The notes under the pieces are model-generated. The model was given only the letters and a program-made list of their open reading frames with translations. It did no database searches and was not told the DNA's origin. A stretch of DNA of 64,000 nt from IMG/VR virus record IMGVR_UViG_3300030114_000522; one strand, given 5' to 3'. This stretch comes from a virus. The position numbers and the translations under genes are program-made. Positions 9,867-20,763 of this stretch are shown here, piece by piece; positions within the stretch are counted from its first letter, which is position 1; each line of letters opens with the position of its first letter.

Positions 9867-11009
9867 TTATTTAACTAATACTTGAATTATATTATCACTA
9901 ATTCTTTTCATTACTCTATATTTTATATCAAAAGTTTTATCACAGACAGTAGCTATTCCTTCGTTATTAGATTTACAATAACCATTAATAATACAAGTTC
10001 CATCATCCCTTACTAGTAATTTACCCATTATACCTATAGGACTCCACTCAGGTCTATTTTCTCTACTAATATATTCCTTTGATGAATCCCAATTAGGATT
10101 ATATTTAGGTATTGTGTCAGTATGTTCTTCTGAAATTAAAACTTCTTTATTATCAATAGTTTCATATTTGGCTGGAACTAATACATCTTCATATTGTACT
10201 CTTCCAAATTCATCAATTACATATTTATCTTGCCATGATTCATAATTATCTCCAACAACTGAAGGAGTAGCTGATACAATTCCTAATATATAATCATCTG
10301 TAGAATTAGCTTTCCGTATCTTATCACCATCAAGTGTTACAAAAAATCCTACTCTATCCTCATTGTCTTTGTTAGAATCTAACCATTCAAAATATTCAGC
10401 ATAATCTGCACCAGTTGAAGCGTAAGCACCATCTGCATAAGTTTTACCATCAAATGTTACTTTAAAGGCATTGCCTAAAGCACTTGAACTTGTACCATTT
10501 CCAATTATAAAAGCATTTGCCGATGCAATATAGCTAGAATAATCCATTTCTAGTGTGTTATACTGACCCATTACAAATTGCTCAAATCCAGCAAGAGTAT
10601 TATACCCTTCTGCATGTGAACATTGATTAATAGCTTGCGTATTCCATCCTCCAGAGTGAGAATATAAACCACTCGCAGTTGTACCATATCCCTCATTCAC
10701 AGAGCCGATAAAAGTAGGATTCGTAAACATGGTTGTTTTTGATTCATTTGTTACATTTCCAAGTCCAACATCGCTTTTAGTTGTCCCATGCGGATTAGTT
10801 CCACTCGGGTGTGTATATACTACTGAATCTACTCCATTTATTTTTATATTTCCATTTATAGTACTTGTCGTAATAGTACTTCCTGAACTTGTTGGTAAAG
10901 CATTAATTGTATCTTGTATAATAGTTGCATTATTATCTATTTTTTGTATATCTAACCCTGTAAGCTTCTGCCCGTCTATTTTACTTACTTTTTCTAAAGT
11001 TATTGCCAT
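9867..11009 (-). CDS. tail fibre/spike with peptidase G2 intramolecular-chaperone autocleavage domain
   Basis: YTHP/NPHGTTKSDVGLGNV fibre motifs, SHAEG repeats, GADYAEYFEW...RPEWSPIGIMGKL. Confidence 0.9.
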   Translation of the reverse strand: MAITLEKVSKIDGQKLTGLDIQKIDNNATIIQDTINALPTSSGSTITTSTINGNIKINGVDSVVYTHPSGTNPHGTTKSDVGLGNVTNESKTTMFTNPTFIGSVNEGYGTTASGLYSHSGGWNTQAINQCSHAEGYNTLAGFEQFVMGQYNTLEMDYSSYIASANAFIIGNGTSSSALGNAFKVTFDGKTYADGAYASTGADYAEYFEWLDSNKDNEDRVGFFVTLDGDKIRKANSTDDYILGIVSATPSVVGDNYESWQDKYVIDEFGRVQYEDVLVPAKYETIDNKEVLISEEHTDTIPKYNPNWDSSKEYISRENRPEWSPIGIMGKLLVRDDGTCIINGYCKSNNEGIATVCDKTFDIKYRVMKRISDNIIQVLVK

Positions 11010-11107
11010 TAAAATACCTCCTTTAATTTATTTTGCACAACAAAAAAAGAACAATATTTCTATTGCTCTTAATTATTTCATATTTATATTTTTCTATTAA
11101 TTTTATA

Positions 11108-11836
11108 TTACATTGTACATTTTAAATGACTATTTAAGTATCCATTTTCTCCATAATTAGTGTTTCCACCCATTTTAACACATTCTTTTCTAAAAGTATC
11201 GGTTTCATCTGTAAAATCTTTATTATTTTTTGATAAAACATAATGTACCAACTCGTGAATTAATGTTTTTTCAGCACATATATCTATGCCTTTCAAACCT
11301 TTATTTATTTGTATAAGTTTAGGTGTTTTATTTTCATATAGATAGTGCCCATTATATTTGTTTCCTAAATCATCATAAATAATTGGAATATCTAAAGTCA
11401 TATTATAATTATCTTTAAGCCATTTAGTTGCGTATTCTTGTAATTTTTCATTTGAAGATAAATTATCACAATATATTTTATCACTATGAAGTGATATTCC
11501 TTCAGTAATAGAATTATTTTTTAGTATAGGTGACATTTCAATGTTATTTTTTTTATTTATGTTTTCACATAAATCTTTGATATTATTAAATTCTATTGCT
11601 GAATCTTTTTCTGTTAATATAAATTTATTATTTAAAAAATCACAAGAGGACCAACTTCCGTTAGAATATTTAATAATAAAAACATTATTACTATCAACAT
11701 ATTGATTATTTATAATATATAAATTATCTTCACAAGCAAAACTTGGCATTATATTACCTACATTAAACATCATTACAATTCCACTAATCATAACAACTTT
11801 TATTAAATTATTAATCAACTTATTCATATCTATCAC
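11108..11836 (-). CDS. SprT-like zinc metalloprotease with N-terminal signal-like segment (moron)
   Basis: TLIHELVH zincin motif, G.Y upstream, F...C...G downstream; own promoter. Confidence 0.7.
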   Translation of the reverse strand: MIDMNKLINNLIKVVMISGIVMMFNVGNIMPSFACEDNLYIINNQYVDSNNVFIIKYSNGSWSSCDFLNNKFILTEKDSAIEFNNIKDLCENINKKNNIEMSPILKNNSITEGISLHSDKIYCDNLSSNEKLQEYATKWLKDNYNMTLDIPIIYDDLGNKYNGHYLYENKTPKLIQINKGLKGIDICAEKTLIHELVHYVLSKNNKDFTDETDTFRKECVKMGGNTNYGENGYLNSHLKCTM

Positions 11837-11883
11837 CTCATAAATTTATTATACCATATATTTCCCTTACTTAGTATAATTTA

Positions 11884-11912
11884 ATTATATAGCATAGAAC
11901 AATGTTTGTCAA
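11884..11912 (-). promoter_or_regulatory. consensus sigma-A promoter for the SprT-like gene
   Basis: TTGACA-17 nt-TATAAT, perfect match. Confidence 0.85.
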
Positions 11913-12002
11913 TTATTGTTTTAATATATTTTTAGGTTTATTTTCATTTAGTATTTTACGCAATTAAAAAGAACCTAGTTAAGCAAACTTTATTAGGTCT
12001 TT

Positions 12003-12480
12003 TTAATGATTATTAAAATTTGCAACTAATTTTATAGTTTTAATTTCCATGATAAATTCATTTGGATACAATACTTTTATTTCTTTTCCATTATTGTTTT
12101 TTAATAAATCTTTTCTATCTCTCAACTCTTGAACATGTTTATCTTTACTAATAATATAATCTGCATTTCCATCTATAGCACATGAAAAGAACATATTATC
12201 ATCCTTATCACTACATTTCTTAAATTTAGTGGTTGGTTTTATATATTCAGTTCTTAATATAGTCCTTGATAATACTTTTTGAGTATTAAGTATTTCTATA
12301 TTATCAAATTCATGTTCTTTAAACATTTTTACCATCATTCTTTGCAGTTCTTCATGCATTTCATTACTCATTATTAATTGGAACTCCACCTTTATGCTCT
12401 TCTCTTAATATTAAAACGCAATCCTCATTCCCTTCAAAGAAAGCTTCTATAAATACATTTGTATCAAGAATCACATTCAT
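12003..12480 (-). pseudogene. PIN-domain toxin with +1 frameshift
   Basis: MNVILDTNVFI from 12480; extra G at 12386/12387; remainder carries D.DD..F..CA..G.ADYIISKDKH. Confidence 0.85.
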
Positions 12481-12650
12481 TTTTCAGCCCTTACCTCTCT
12501 TAGTAATCTTTGTGAGGTTTCGTGTACTTGTTCCTTAGTTAGACCTTTTCTTTTAATAGCTTTTTGACATATATTTCTAATAATATCCCATTCGCATTCA
12601 TCATTTTGTGATTTAGTAATATATTTATCCATCATAAGAACATTTTCCAT
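12477..12650 (-). CDS. putative antitoxin of the PIN toxin
   Basis: 57 aa from ATG 12650 (GGAGGGG RBS); ATGA overlap with the toxin; extended -10 TGGTATAAT upstream. Confidence 0.65.
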   Translation of the reverse strand: MENVLMMDKYITKSQNDECEWDIIRNICQKAIKRKGLTKEQVHETSQRLLREVRAEK

Positions 12651-13139
12651 ATTATCCCCTCCACTTAATTTCAATAATTTCATATTATACTTATATCTCT
12701 TTATATTCATAATATTATACCACCTTTTACCATATTGCAACACTTTGTCGAACGATTTACAATAATTTTGAACTACTTTTTGAAGTTACTCTAATTATAG
12801 TTTACCATTAATTTACATATATTATATATAGAATCGTGGGCAATATTCTGACAAAAAGTACATACAATTCTCCTATAAAAGTGAATCATCACAAGTAATA
12901 GCAGAAAAGGGAATAAGCTTTAGACAATTAATTCCATTCATTATAATTGCTACGAAGATTAGGACTGATAAAGACATAATAATAGCCCTATTAGATTTAC
13001 TGAAATAAAGAGCATAAATCTATAAGGCTAATCATCAAGCTGGGGATGAGAATATCGTCCAGCTTATTCTTTTATTATTACCATTATATCATAAATATAT
13101 ACTTAGTAACTATAATATTGTGTTAAAAGATATATTTTA

Positions 13140-14657
13140 TCATGAAATTATTATCAATGTACCAGTCATTGCAATACTTGTATAGAATTTACCATTTGCT
13201 GTAGGATAACAACTTCCAATATTCCCAATTATTCCTGAACTACCGCTATAGTGCATAAGTTTTCCACCACCTGCAAGATTTCCTCTTACATCTCCTGTAG
13301 TCGGGTCTGTTGTCCCCATTACTATCCAATAACTAGGTGTAAAATCAATATTAGTTAACGTTGTACCCGAAAGATTATATGTAGCAACCCTTCTTCCACC
13401 CATAGATTGTATTGTAATATTATTAACTAATCCAGCTAAATTTCTTAGTGTATCATTGCCACTAGCAGAAACTCCTTTACTAGTTAAATTAGTTGATAAA
13501 GTATTTTTATCTAATTGTACTTCATTAGATATTTCAGCAAATGTGTTGCTACTTGTTAAATTACCAATAGCACTAGCAACACTAGTCTTTCCGTTATTGG
13601 CATATATAAAAGCCGAATCTGCTCTTGCTTGTGCAGTATTTATTTTAGTCATAGCTTCTGCTAAACATGTTTCACTGTTATTTCCTACGTATAAATTTGC
13701 ACTATCAACTACGGATACTTTACCAGCAGTTAAATCAATGTTGTTAATAGCTACTTTTAATTCAGCTAAAGCACCTTCAACGTTTTTAATAGTAAAATAA
13801 TTACCACTATCTACCAATGTTATATCACTAGCCTTCATATTTTGAGCAATCCATTCATTATTGTCTGAGTATCTTTTAAATACATTTTGATTAGGGTTGG
13901 TATCCCACCAAATTATAAAATGGTCTAATGGTTCATCTGTCCCTACCCATATTTTATCTGCACATGCCCATTTAGTTATATCTGTTACTACTATTCCAAT
14001 AGTTCCATCAGCTAAGCAATAATATAATCTATGATTATAAACACAAGCGTCACCTGTATTATATGTAGTTAATGGGTCATAATTAGCAGTTCTATCTGTA
14101 CCTTTTTTAATAGATATGTTTAGTGATGGGTCTCCTTTATCACCTTTAATTGTAAAACGAATCCAATATCCATCATCGACTTCTTCTTTATCAGGAATAT
14201 GTCCTATATTATCTCCTTCAAGTCTACTTATAAATCCATATCCTTCATACATTACCATGTTTCCTTGTTTGTAAGTAGTTAAAGGTAAATACACTCCCAT
14301 ATATTTATGATTATTTATTATATCAATTAATTCTTGCTTTTGTTGACTAATGAATACTACTACTCCTTCTTTTAAATAAACTTGCATACCATACATACGT
14401 GCGTTTATTCCATTTATAATATTTGCAGTAGGCATATATTGAATTAATTCAGCTTGTAATGTTGTTATTTCTAGTCTTTCTGTATCGGTTGTATAAATTT
14501 TTTTACTTAAAGTCTCAAGCCTATCCATTTTAACCATGTCTTCAGCAGGAATATCTTGGACTAAAATTATATCATCATCTAATGCGAGATTATTTTCTTG
14601 ATAAAATTTTGTATAATTTTTAAAATTTGTATTATCTATATATGCTGTTGTAGCCAT
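13140..14657 (-). CDS. tail/baseplate fibre protein with carbohydrate-binding-like repeats
   Basis: Y..G..V.Y.G..Y...W repeats, KGDKGD, NVEGALAEL and NGKTSVASAI fibre motifs. Confidence 0.7.
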   Translation of the reverse strand: MATTAYIDNTNFKNYTKFYQENNLALDDDIILVQDIPAEDMVKMDRLETLSKKIYTTDTERLEITTLQAELIQYMPTANIINGINARMYGMQVYLKEGVVVFISQQKQELIDIINNHKYMGVYLPLTTYKQGNMVMYEGYGFISRLEGDNIGHIPDKEEVDDGYWIRFTIKGDKGDPSLNISIKKGTDRTANYDPLTTYNTGDACVYNHRLYYCLADGTIGIVVTDITKWACADKIWVGTDEPLDHFIIWWDTNPNQNVFKRYSDNNEWIAQNMKASDITLVDSGNYFTIKNVEGALAELKVAINNIDLTAGKVSVVDSANLYVGNNSETCLAEAMTKINTAQARADSAFIYANNGKTSVASAIGNLTSSNTFAEISNEVQLDKNTLSTNLTSKGVSASGNDTLRNLAGLVNNITIQSMGGRRVATYNLSGTTLTNIDFTPSYWIVMGTTDPTTGDVRGNLAGGGKLMHYSGSSGIIGNIGSCYPTANGKFYTSIAMTGTLIIIS

Positions 14658-14717
14658 TTTAAATTTATCTCTCCTTCTTGGTGTTATTTTTACATAACAA
14701 AAAAGTTAGGAGCGATA

Positions 14718-17700
14718 TTATTTTCTCCTAACTAACTTATCATTACTGTTTAACCATTGTTTAATATTACTATCATTCCATATTGCGTCACCATTAATTA
14801 ATACATTTTCAGCAACATCAAACGGTTTTATTGTTATTATATCTGTCATCACTGTTACAACTGTTGAACTTTTATCTACTATTGTAAATTCTATATTTTC
14901 ATTTGAATATATTGTAAAGCATTCTTTTATTTTATCTCCTACTTTTAAGTCTTCTAGTGTTTGAGTTACAAATATGTTATTTAATTTTGTTGTAATTATA
15001 TAAGCACCATTATCTTTATAAGTTGTACACCTTGCACTTATAGGTAGATTCAATACTATTCTTTGTCCTGTACTCATACTTAAAGGATATTCACTACTTA
15101 TATTACCTGTAGAATCTATTGTAATTAATTTATTACTATCGGTTGAATCAATTGTTCTAGTATAATATTTATAAGCTTGTCCCTCAGTCAAAGTTAAAGT
15201 AGTATTAGTATTTTTATCTATTGCAGATTGTGTTAAATATCCTTTTGTATTTAATGCTTTACCAAATGATAATTCTTTTGTATATGAGAATCCTGTACTA
15301 TCTATTATTACTATTTGTAAAGTATGTGAACCATATGATATTGTATCCCAAACAGACGTTAAATCTAATATAAATTCTTCTGCTAATATAGTTGATGTTT
15401 TAATATGTTTTCTAATATTAAAAGTTAAATCATCTATTTTTTCATATATAGTTAAATCTGAATTTGTAGCATAATCAAATAATTTATAATTTACTATTAC
15501 TGGATTTGCACCCGTATAATTATTTTTAGTACGAATACTTATATTTGTATTAGTTGTTATATCACTTTCTAAAAGGGTAGTCCCTAATATATATTCACCT
15601 AATATATCTCTTGCTTCTAAATAATCTACATCTTCATTTGGTCTTGAATTTTGAAATATAGAATAAGCATTAGTTCCTATTAGATTATCTTTAGATGGTA
15701 TGAAACAATTAGTATTGACTCCATCTATATTAGTAGGAATTAATATACTTTTCATTCCATTTGATAAATTTGTTAGAAATCCATCTTCTAAATTATATGA
15801 ATTATATAATGTATTTGCTATTGAAGGTGGTTGGTCATTATCCGTTTGTGGTTCGTACCATGTAATTGTTCCATCTGTAATTCTTGTTACATCAAAATTC
15901 ATTAGTCCTGTTTCTGCTACATGTTGAATAAAGAAAAAGAATTGGTCTTCAGGATTTATATCTCCTGATATTGATGAATATTTAGTATATAATTTTACAT
16001 TATTTACCCATTTAGATATCCAAAATTCATTTCCATAACGTGTTAATTCTATATACCCAATATCATTTGATAGTTTGAATAGCATGGAATTGTTTGATTC
16101 TAAGTCTCTTGCCCATAATTTTAGGGTGAAGCCTCCATCAACTTTAAAAGGGGAAGAATCATCAAATAACAAAATTCCACTGTGTCCATCCCACCATTCT
16201 CCATCAACAAACTGAGAATCACCGCTTTCGAGACGCCCTACTATCTGTTTAGCAAAGACTTGTAAAAAAGTCGCTCCTTCTTTTGGTATATTACTTACTT
16301 GTAAAAGTGCATTAAAACGTGTTTGTTGATAAATACAATAAAATTCTTCTGTTATTGATGTTTCAACACCACCATTAGTTAAGACTAATAATTTAATTTG
16401 ATAATTTGTTTTATTATTTAAATTAGTTGAACATTGCCAAGAAAGTAATCCATCTGTTAAAACTGCACTTTCATCAATTTGCTCTCCGTCTTTTAATAAA
16501 ATAAATTGATATGAATAAAGAGTATCCGATGTAGTTACATTTGTTCCATCAGCTTTTATATAGGTATCACTTTGATAATATTCTGCTGTAAAAAGTGGAT
16601 TTTGTATAGTTATTAAATTATTTACAATCCCATTGATAATCAATTCAGGTTTAGAAAATGTTTTTAATAGTACTACATCTGAAAATGCAGAATATTGGTT
16701 ATTATCATTATATGTTCTTATTTTAACTTGATATTCTAATCCATTTATAAGTGAATTTTTTAAAATAATAGATTCAAAATCAAAAGTTTCTAATTTTCTA
16801 TTGTATACTACATTCGCATTAGAATCATTAGTAGTTATATTTATCTCATTAAAATAAATTAAATCTCCACCTAACGATGAAAATGAAATAGTATTTTCTT
16901 CTAAAGAATTAATTGGATTTAATATACCACTATTATTAGTAGTAACTATTAATGGTTTTGTTAAATTAGTAGATTCTCCACTTACTATTTGTATTTTTTT
17001 AAACGTCCATTTTCTTAAAGTAATATTCCCAAAAGAATCAGTAACTTTAATGGTTATAGTATGTGTATCATATGTTAAACTATCCCATATTGATGCTAAA
17101 TCAATGCTTGTGCTAAATCCAGTTGTTTGATTTTCTAAAGTTCTTAATGTTGTCGAATCAACTATTTCTTCTATGTCCATCAAATCTGCGTCACCATCAT
17201 AAATAGTGTAAGCTTTCTTAAAACTAGCAGTATAACTATTTAAGTATCTATCACTGTCTGATATTGTAGAAGGTTCATTGTAGACCTCTAAAATCGGACG
17301 GTACATAACATCATTAGATTTAGCAAATTGATTTATTGTATCATAATATTGAATTGAATTTTTATTTCCTCTTATGGTTACATCATATCCAACCTTATCT
17401 TTAGTTAAACTTGACGCCCCATACCAGTTTAAAATTCCATTGCTTATAGATGTTACTATAGTTGAATCATTATATCCATTAAGAGTTTTATCTTGTCCAC
17501 TTGGTAAAGGAAGTGTACTTAGTCCTATTTCATTACAGAAATATTTATCATAATCATTATCAGATGGATTACAACTAGAGTTTTTATTTCCATTTATTCT
17601 AGTTATCGTTCCACCAGTAGGAAGACGAAGTTTATATTTGATTCCTTCTAACGTAATTATTTGACCATTTACAAGTCCTTGTTTGGATAAATCATCATAA

Positions 17701-17906
17701 GATATATTATTTAATAAACCATTTGTAGCTATTAAATATTGTTTAACTCCATTATTTACTTTTAACCAAGTTATTTGATTTTCAATGTTTAAATCTTTAG
17801 TTCTGAATTCAAGTGGTGAATTTGCTATATATGAAATTCTTGTATTACCTGTGAATTTTGTAGGAATTCCACCCATATATAAACTTCCAAGTGTTAAAAT
17901 TTCCAA
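14718..17906 (-). CDS. large baseplate/tail protein (FN3/Ig-like repeats)
   Basis: 1062 aa, beta-rich; HTITIKVTD and HTLQIVIID repeats; EYQVKIRTY FN3-like strand; tail-region position. Confidence 0.65.
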   Translation of the reverse strand: MEILTLGSLYMGGIPTKFTGNTRISYIANSPLEFRTKDLNIENQITWLKVNNGVKQYLIATNGLLNNISYDDLSKQGLVNGQIITLEGIKYKLRLPTGGTITRINGNKNSSCNPSDNDYDKYFCNEIGLSTLPLPSGQDKTLNGYNDSTIVTSISNGILNWYGASSLTKDKVGYDVTIRGNKNSIQYYDTINQFAKSNDVMYRPILEVYNEPSTISDSDRYLNSYTASFKKAYTIYDGDADLMDIEEIVDSTTLRTLENQTTGFSTSIDLASIWDSLTYDTHTITIKVTDSFGNITLRKWTFKKIQIVSGESTNLTKPLIVTTNNSGILNPINSLEENTISFSSLGGDLIYFNEINITTNDSNANVVYNRKLETFDFESIILKNSLINGLEYQVKIRTYNDNNQYSAFSDVVLLKTFSKPELIINGIVNNLITIQNPLFTAEYYQSDTYIKADGTNVTTSDTLYSYQFILLKDGEQIDESAVLTDGLLSWQCSTNLNNKTNYQIKLLVLTNGGVETSITEEFYCIYQQTRFNALLQVSNIPKEGATFLQVFAKQIVGRLESGDSQFVDGEWWDGHSGILLFDDSSPFKVDGGFTLKLWARDLESNNSMLFKLSNDIGYIELTRYGNEFWISKWVNNVKLYTKYSSISGDINPEDQFFFFIQHVAETGLMNFDVTRITDGTITWYEPQTDNDQPPSIANTLYNSYNLEDGFLTNLSNGMKSILIPTNIDGVNTNCFIPSKDNLIGTNAYSIFQNSRPNEDVDYLEARDILGEYILGTTLLESDITTNTNISIRTKNNYTGANPVIVNYKLFDYATNSDLTIYEKIDDLTFNIRKHIKTSTILAEEFILDLTSVWDTISYGSHTLQIVIIDSTGFSYTKELSFGKALNTKGYLTQSAIDKNTNTTLTLTEGQAYKYYTRTIDSTDSNKLITIDSTGNISSEYPLSMSTGQRIVLNLPISARCTTYKDNGAYIITTKLNNIFVTQTLEDLKVGDKIKECFTIYSNENIEFTIVDKSSTVVTVMTDIITIKPFDVAENVLINGDAIWNDSNIKQWLNSNDKLVRRK

Positions 17907-17928
17907 TATTAATTCCTCCTTTCTTTAT

Positions 17929-19491
17929 TTAATATATTTTTAAGTTATTTAATTTATTTTCTATATCATACTTTATATATTCTTCTAGGTTTAAATCTTT
18001 TATATATTTGAATTTAAAATTATGATGATGATTCCTTTTTCCTAAGCAAACATATATCACGTTACCATTTAATAATTTAACTCCGAACAACTCTTTACTT
18101 TGTCTTTCTAATTCAGCACTAGAAGAAAACACATGTCCAGTTGTTATACATATAATTGGTTTTCCATATAGTTTACCTAATTTGTAACTACGATTATATA
18201 ATTCTTCTTTTGCATTATAATCAATCCAATCCCATATTTTAGAACCCCTTTTAAGATAATTCAGTACAGTAGTTCTTCCCATATTCATCATTTTCCCAAT
18301 TTCACTTGTTGATAAGTCAGGAAAATCCCTTTTTATTTCACAAATAATTTTTAACAAATTACTAAAAGTAAATTCTTCGCAAACTTTCCAATCTATTTTA
18401 TCTAAATCAAAAATATTATTTAGATTGCTTTTTAATATGTTATTCTTAATCCATTCTAATACACTATATCTACAATCAATAATTATGTAATTTTCCTCTT
18501 TAATATTATTGGATAAAGCTAGTTCTTTCTTTAGTTTATCATTAAACTGTTCTTCTTTTAATGTTCTTGCACCTTTTATATTTTTAAAACTATTTTCATA
18601 ATGTTGTAATCCATTTACTTCTAAAATATATTGTTCATTATTATATTCAAAATAAAAATCATATCTATATGCATTTATCCATTCAAAAGTGGTTTTAGTT
18701 AATTGTGTTTGAAAATTTATATTTAGTTGTTCTAACATATTGAAAATTATTTTCTCACTATAAGAAACATTATCTGAACATGAGCAACCTATTGAATGTT
18801 GCTTATAAATTAATCCAATTTTCATTTCTTTGTTTTTAACTCTTCCACAATCAGTACAAGTTGGATTAATTTTAAATCCACTTCCACGAGTATATTTTTT
18901 AGCAACTTCCTCACCTATATATGGAATCATCCACTTATCTGTATCATATATTGTGTTAATGCCTAAGACGGCTTTAAAATTATTACAACATGAACATCCT
19001 TTTTCTTCTAAACTACTCTCTCGTACCCAATCCTCATAGTTGCAAATATTACAATGATACTTGTACCATTTTTCGTTTATATTATTCATATTTATTTTAT
19101 ATTTTGTTATAATCTTCTTATCTATAACTATAATATCACGTTTTTTATCCTTATAAGAAGTGCCAATTTTTATTTTAAAATCTTTTGTATGTTTACCTAA
19201 TAATATACCAAGTTTACATTTTTGCAAATTTAATTTTGATATTTTGTATTCTTTATTATCATATTTTACAAGTATATCATTCTTATTTATCCATTTTTTT
19301 ACTTCAATCCAGCCTTCTAAATCATCATAAATAAAATATATATATTGTTTAATTGATTCTTTCCAATTATAAGAATTTCCCTTTTTAGATAAACATTCTA
19401 AAAATGATTGTCTACATTGACCACTCTCAATTAATTCTTTATTTATTTCTTTAAATTTATTTATAATTTCTAAATATTCTTTTTTGTTCAT
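17929..19491 (-). CDS. free-standing homing-endonuclease-like protein (Zn ribbons, Vsr/PD-(D/E)XK-like domain, HTH, NUMOD1-like)
   Basis: several CxxC; SYSEK...RYDFYF...ILEVNGLQHY...D..K; C-terminal KPIICITTGHVFSS. Confidence 0.75.
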   Translation of the reverse strand: MNKKEYLEIINKFKEINKELIESGQCRQSFLECLSKKGNSYNWKESIKQYIYFIYDDLEGWIEVKKWINKNDILVKYDNKEYKISKLNLQKCKLGILLGKHTKDFKIKIGTSYKDKKRDIIVIDKKIITKYKINMNNINEKWYKYHCNICNYEDWVRESSLEEKGCSCCNNFKAVLGINTIYDTDKWMIPYIGEEVAKKYTRGSGFKINPTCTDCGRVKNKEMKIGLIYKQHSIGCSCSDNVSYSEKIIFNMLEQLNINFQTQLTKTTFEWINAYRYDFYFEYNNEQYILEVNGLQHYENSFKNIKGARTLKEEQFNDKLKKELALSNNIKEENYIIIDCRYSVLEWIKNNILKSNLNNIFDLDKIDWKVCEEFTFSNLLKIICEIKRDFPDLSTSEIGKMMNMGRTTVLNYLKRGSKIWDWIDYNAKEELYNRSYKLGKLYGKPIICITTGHVFSSSAELERQSKELFGVKLLNGNVIYVCLGKRNHHHNFKFKYIKDLNLEEYIKYDIENKLNNLKIY

Positions 19492-19528
19492 TGTTTAATC
19501 ACTTTCCTTTCAATCTTTTATTAATTTA

Positions 19529-19726
19529 TTATTTGGTTTCTATTTCCATATAAAAAGAACTCAAAGCTTTAAATAACTCTGAGTTCTTTTTATATTTATA
19601 TGTACTTATTCCATTAATCTCTTTTACAAACGTATATTTTACACCAATAGATTCAAGATAATCTCTTTCGTAATTCCATTGCGTAGAATACTCTTTATCA
19701 AACTTAGATATGTTATGGTTTGTCAT
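19529..19726 (-). CDS. hypothetical phage protein
   Basis: 65-aa ORF with RBS in the tail operon. Confidence 0.7.
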   Translation of the reverse strand: MTNHNISKFDKEYSTQWNYERDYLESIGVKYTFVKEINGISTYKYKKNSELFKALSSFYMEIETK

Positions 19727-19751
19727 ATTATTAAATCTCCTTTAATTAATT

Positions 19752-20672
19752 TTAAGTGGAACTAATATTATAATCGTAAGTTAAATTGTTTTTTAACAAT
19801 GATAACATATCAGTTCCACTAACTTCAATCCAATCAAAACTCCATTCCCATATTGAGAATACACTATGATTACTATCTGTTATTCTAGTAGGGTTTTGTA
19901 TTTTTACCACTAAGAACAAATTATTATATCTCATTAATTTTGGTTTTCCATCATTTAAATATGCTTCTATCTTTTGATTTAATACATTTTCAGCTTCTAT
20001 TGTATCTGTGTTTGTATTTCCAAAATTGTCTATGCTTTCTTTTGATAGAGCAGTAATATTAATTTTGCCTTTTCTATATTTAGTTGCTGAATTTAATATT
20101 ACAGGATATTGACCAACTAAAGTTTCTATTATAGCTGAATTATTAACAGTAGTAACATCTCCTATTTGCAAATCATATCTGCAAGGCATATTAAATTGAG
20201 AATCGGTTAAAAATAAACTATCATATGAAGTTTTAATTGAAGCCGACATACCTACACCGATAATATTTTGACAAATTGGTGAAAATCTATAAGTCATATT
20301 TACGTTATTTTTTATATAATAATCATATAATTGATAATTATCTATTCCTTTAACGTATTTTATTTTATACATAAGTTCCCATTTTAGAGAACCTTGTTCT
20401 TGACGTTCAAATAATAAATACTGTATTGGAATATTCTGTAATTCTATGTTCCCTGCCTCGTAATTATTTTTAAATTTAGCATCATAAACTGTATTCGACG
20501 ACCAACTTTCTTTTGTTACTACATTGGGGCTATCTAAAGTTTCATCTATTTTAGCTTCATCATATATTCCATTACTTAATCTTAATACATTAAATTGCTT
20601 ACCCATATACGCTTGAGAAACAAATGGACTATTTCCAAATGTTGAACCGATTTTATTCCAAAATATAGTCAT
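19752..20672 (-). CDS. putative distal tail/baseplate protein
   Basis: position after the hub gene; C-terminal WSFDWIEV. Confidence 0.55.
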   Translation of the reverse strand: MTIFWNKIGSTFGNSPFVSQAYMGKQFNVLRLSNGIYDEAKIDETLDSPNVVTKESWSSNTVYDAKFKNNYEAGNIELQNIPIQYLLFERQEQGSLKWELMYKIKYVKGIDNYQLYDYYIKNNVNMTYRFSPICQNIIGVGMSASIKTSYDSLFLTDSQFNMPCRYDLQIGDVTTVNNSAIIETLVGQYPVILNSATKYRKGKINITALSKESIDNFGNTNTDTIEAENVLNQKIEAYLNDGKPKLMRYNNLFLVVKIQNPTRITDSNHSVFSIWEWSFDWIEVSGTDMLSLLKNNLTYDYNISST

Positions 20673-20763
20673 TTATAAATTCACCTACTTTCTATTATTA
20701 TTTCTAATTTTAAATATAATAAAAGACCTAGATTTCTCCAAGTCTTAATTTCATTATTTTTAT

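Noticed and set aside
12836-13072. Plus-strand hydrophobic peptide (..FRQLIPFIIIATK..IIIALLDLLK) with a terminator, as a type I toxin
   Set aside because: No convincing in-frame start or RBS; at best a remnant
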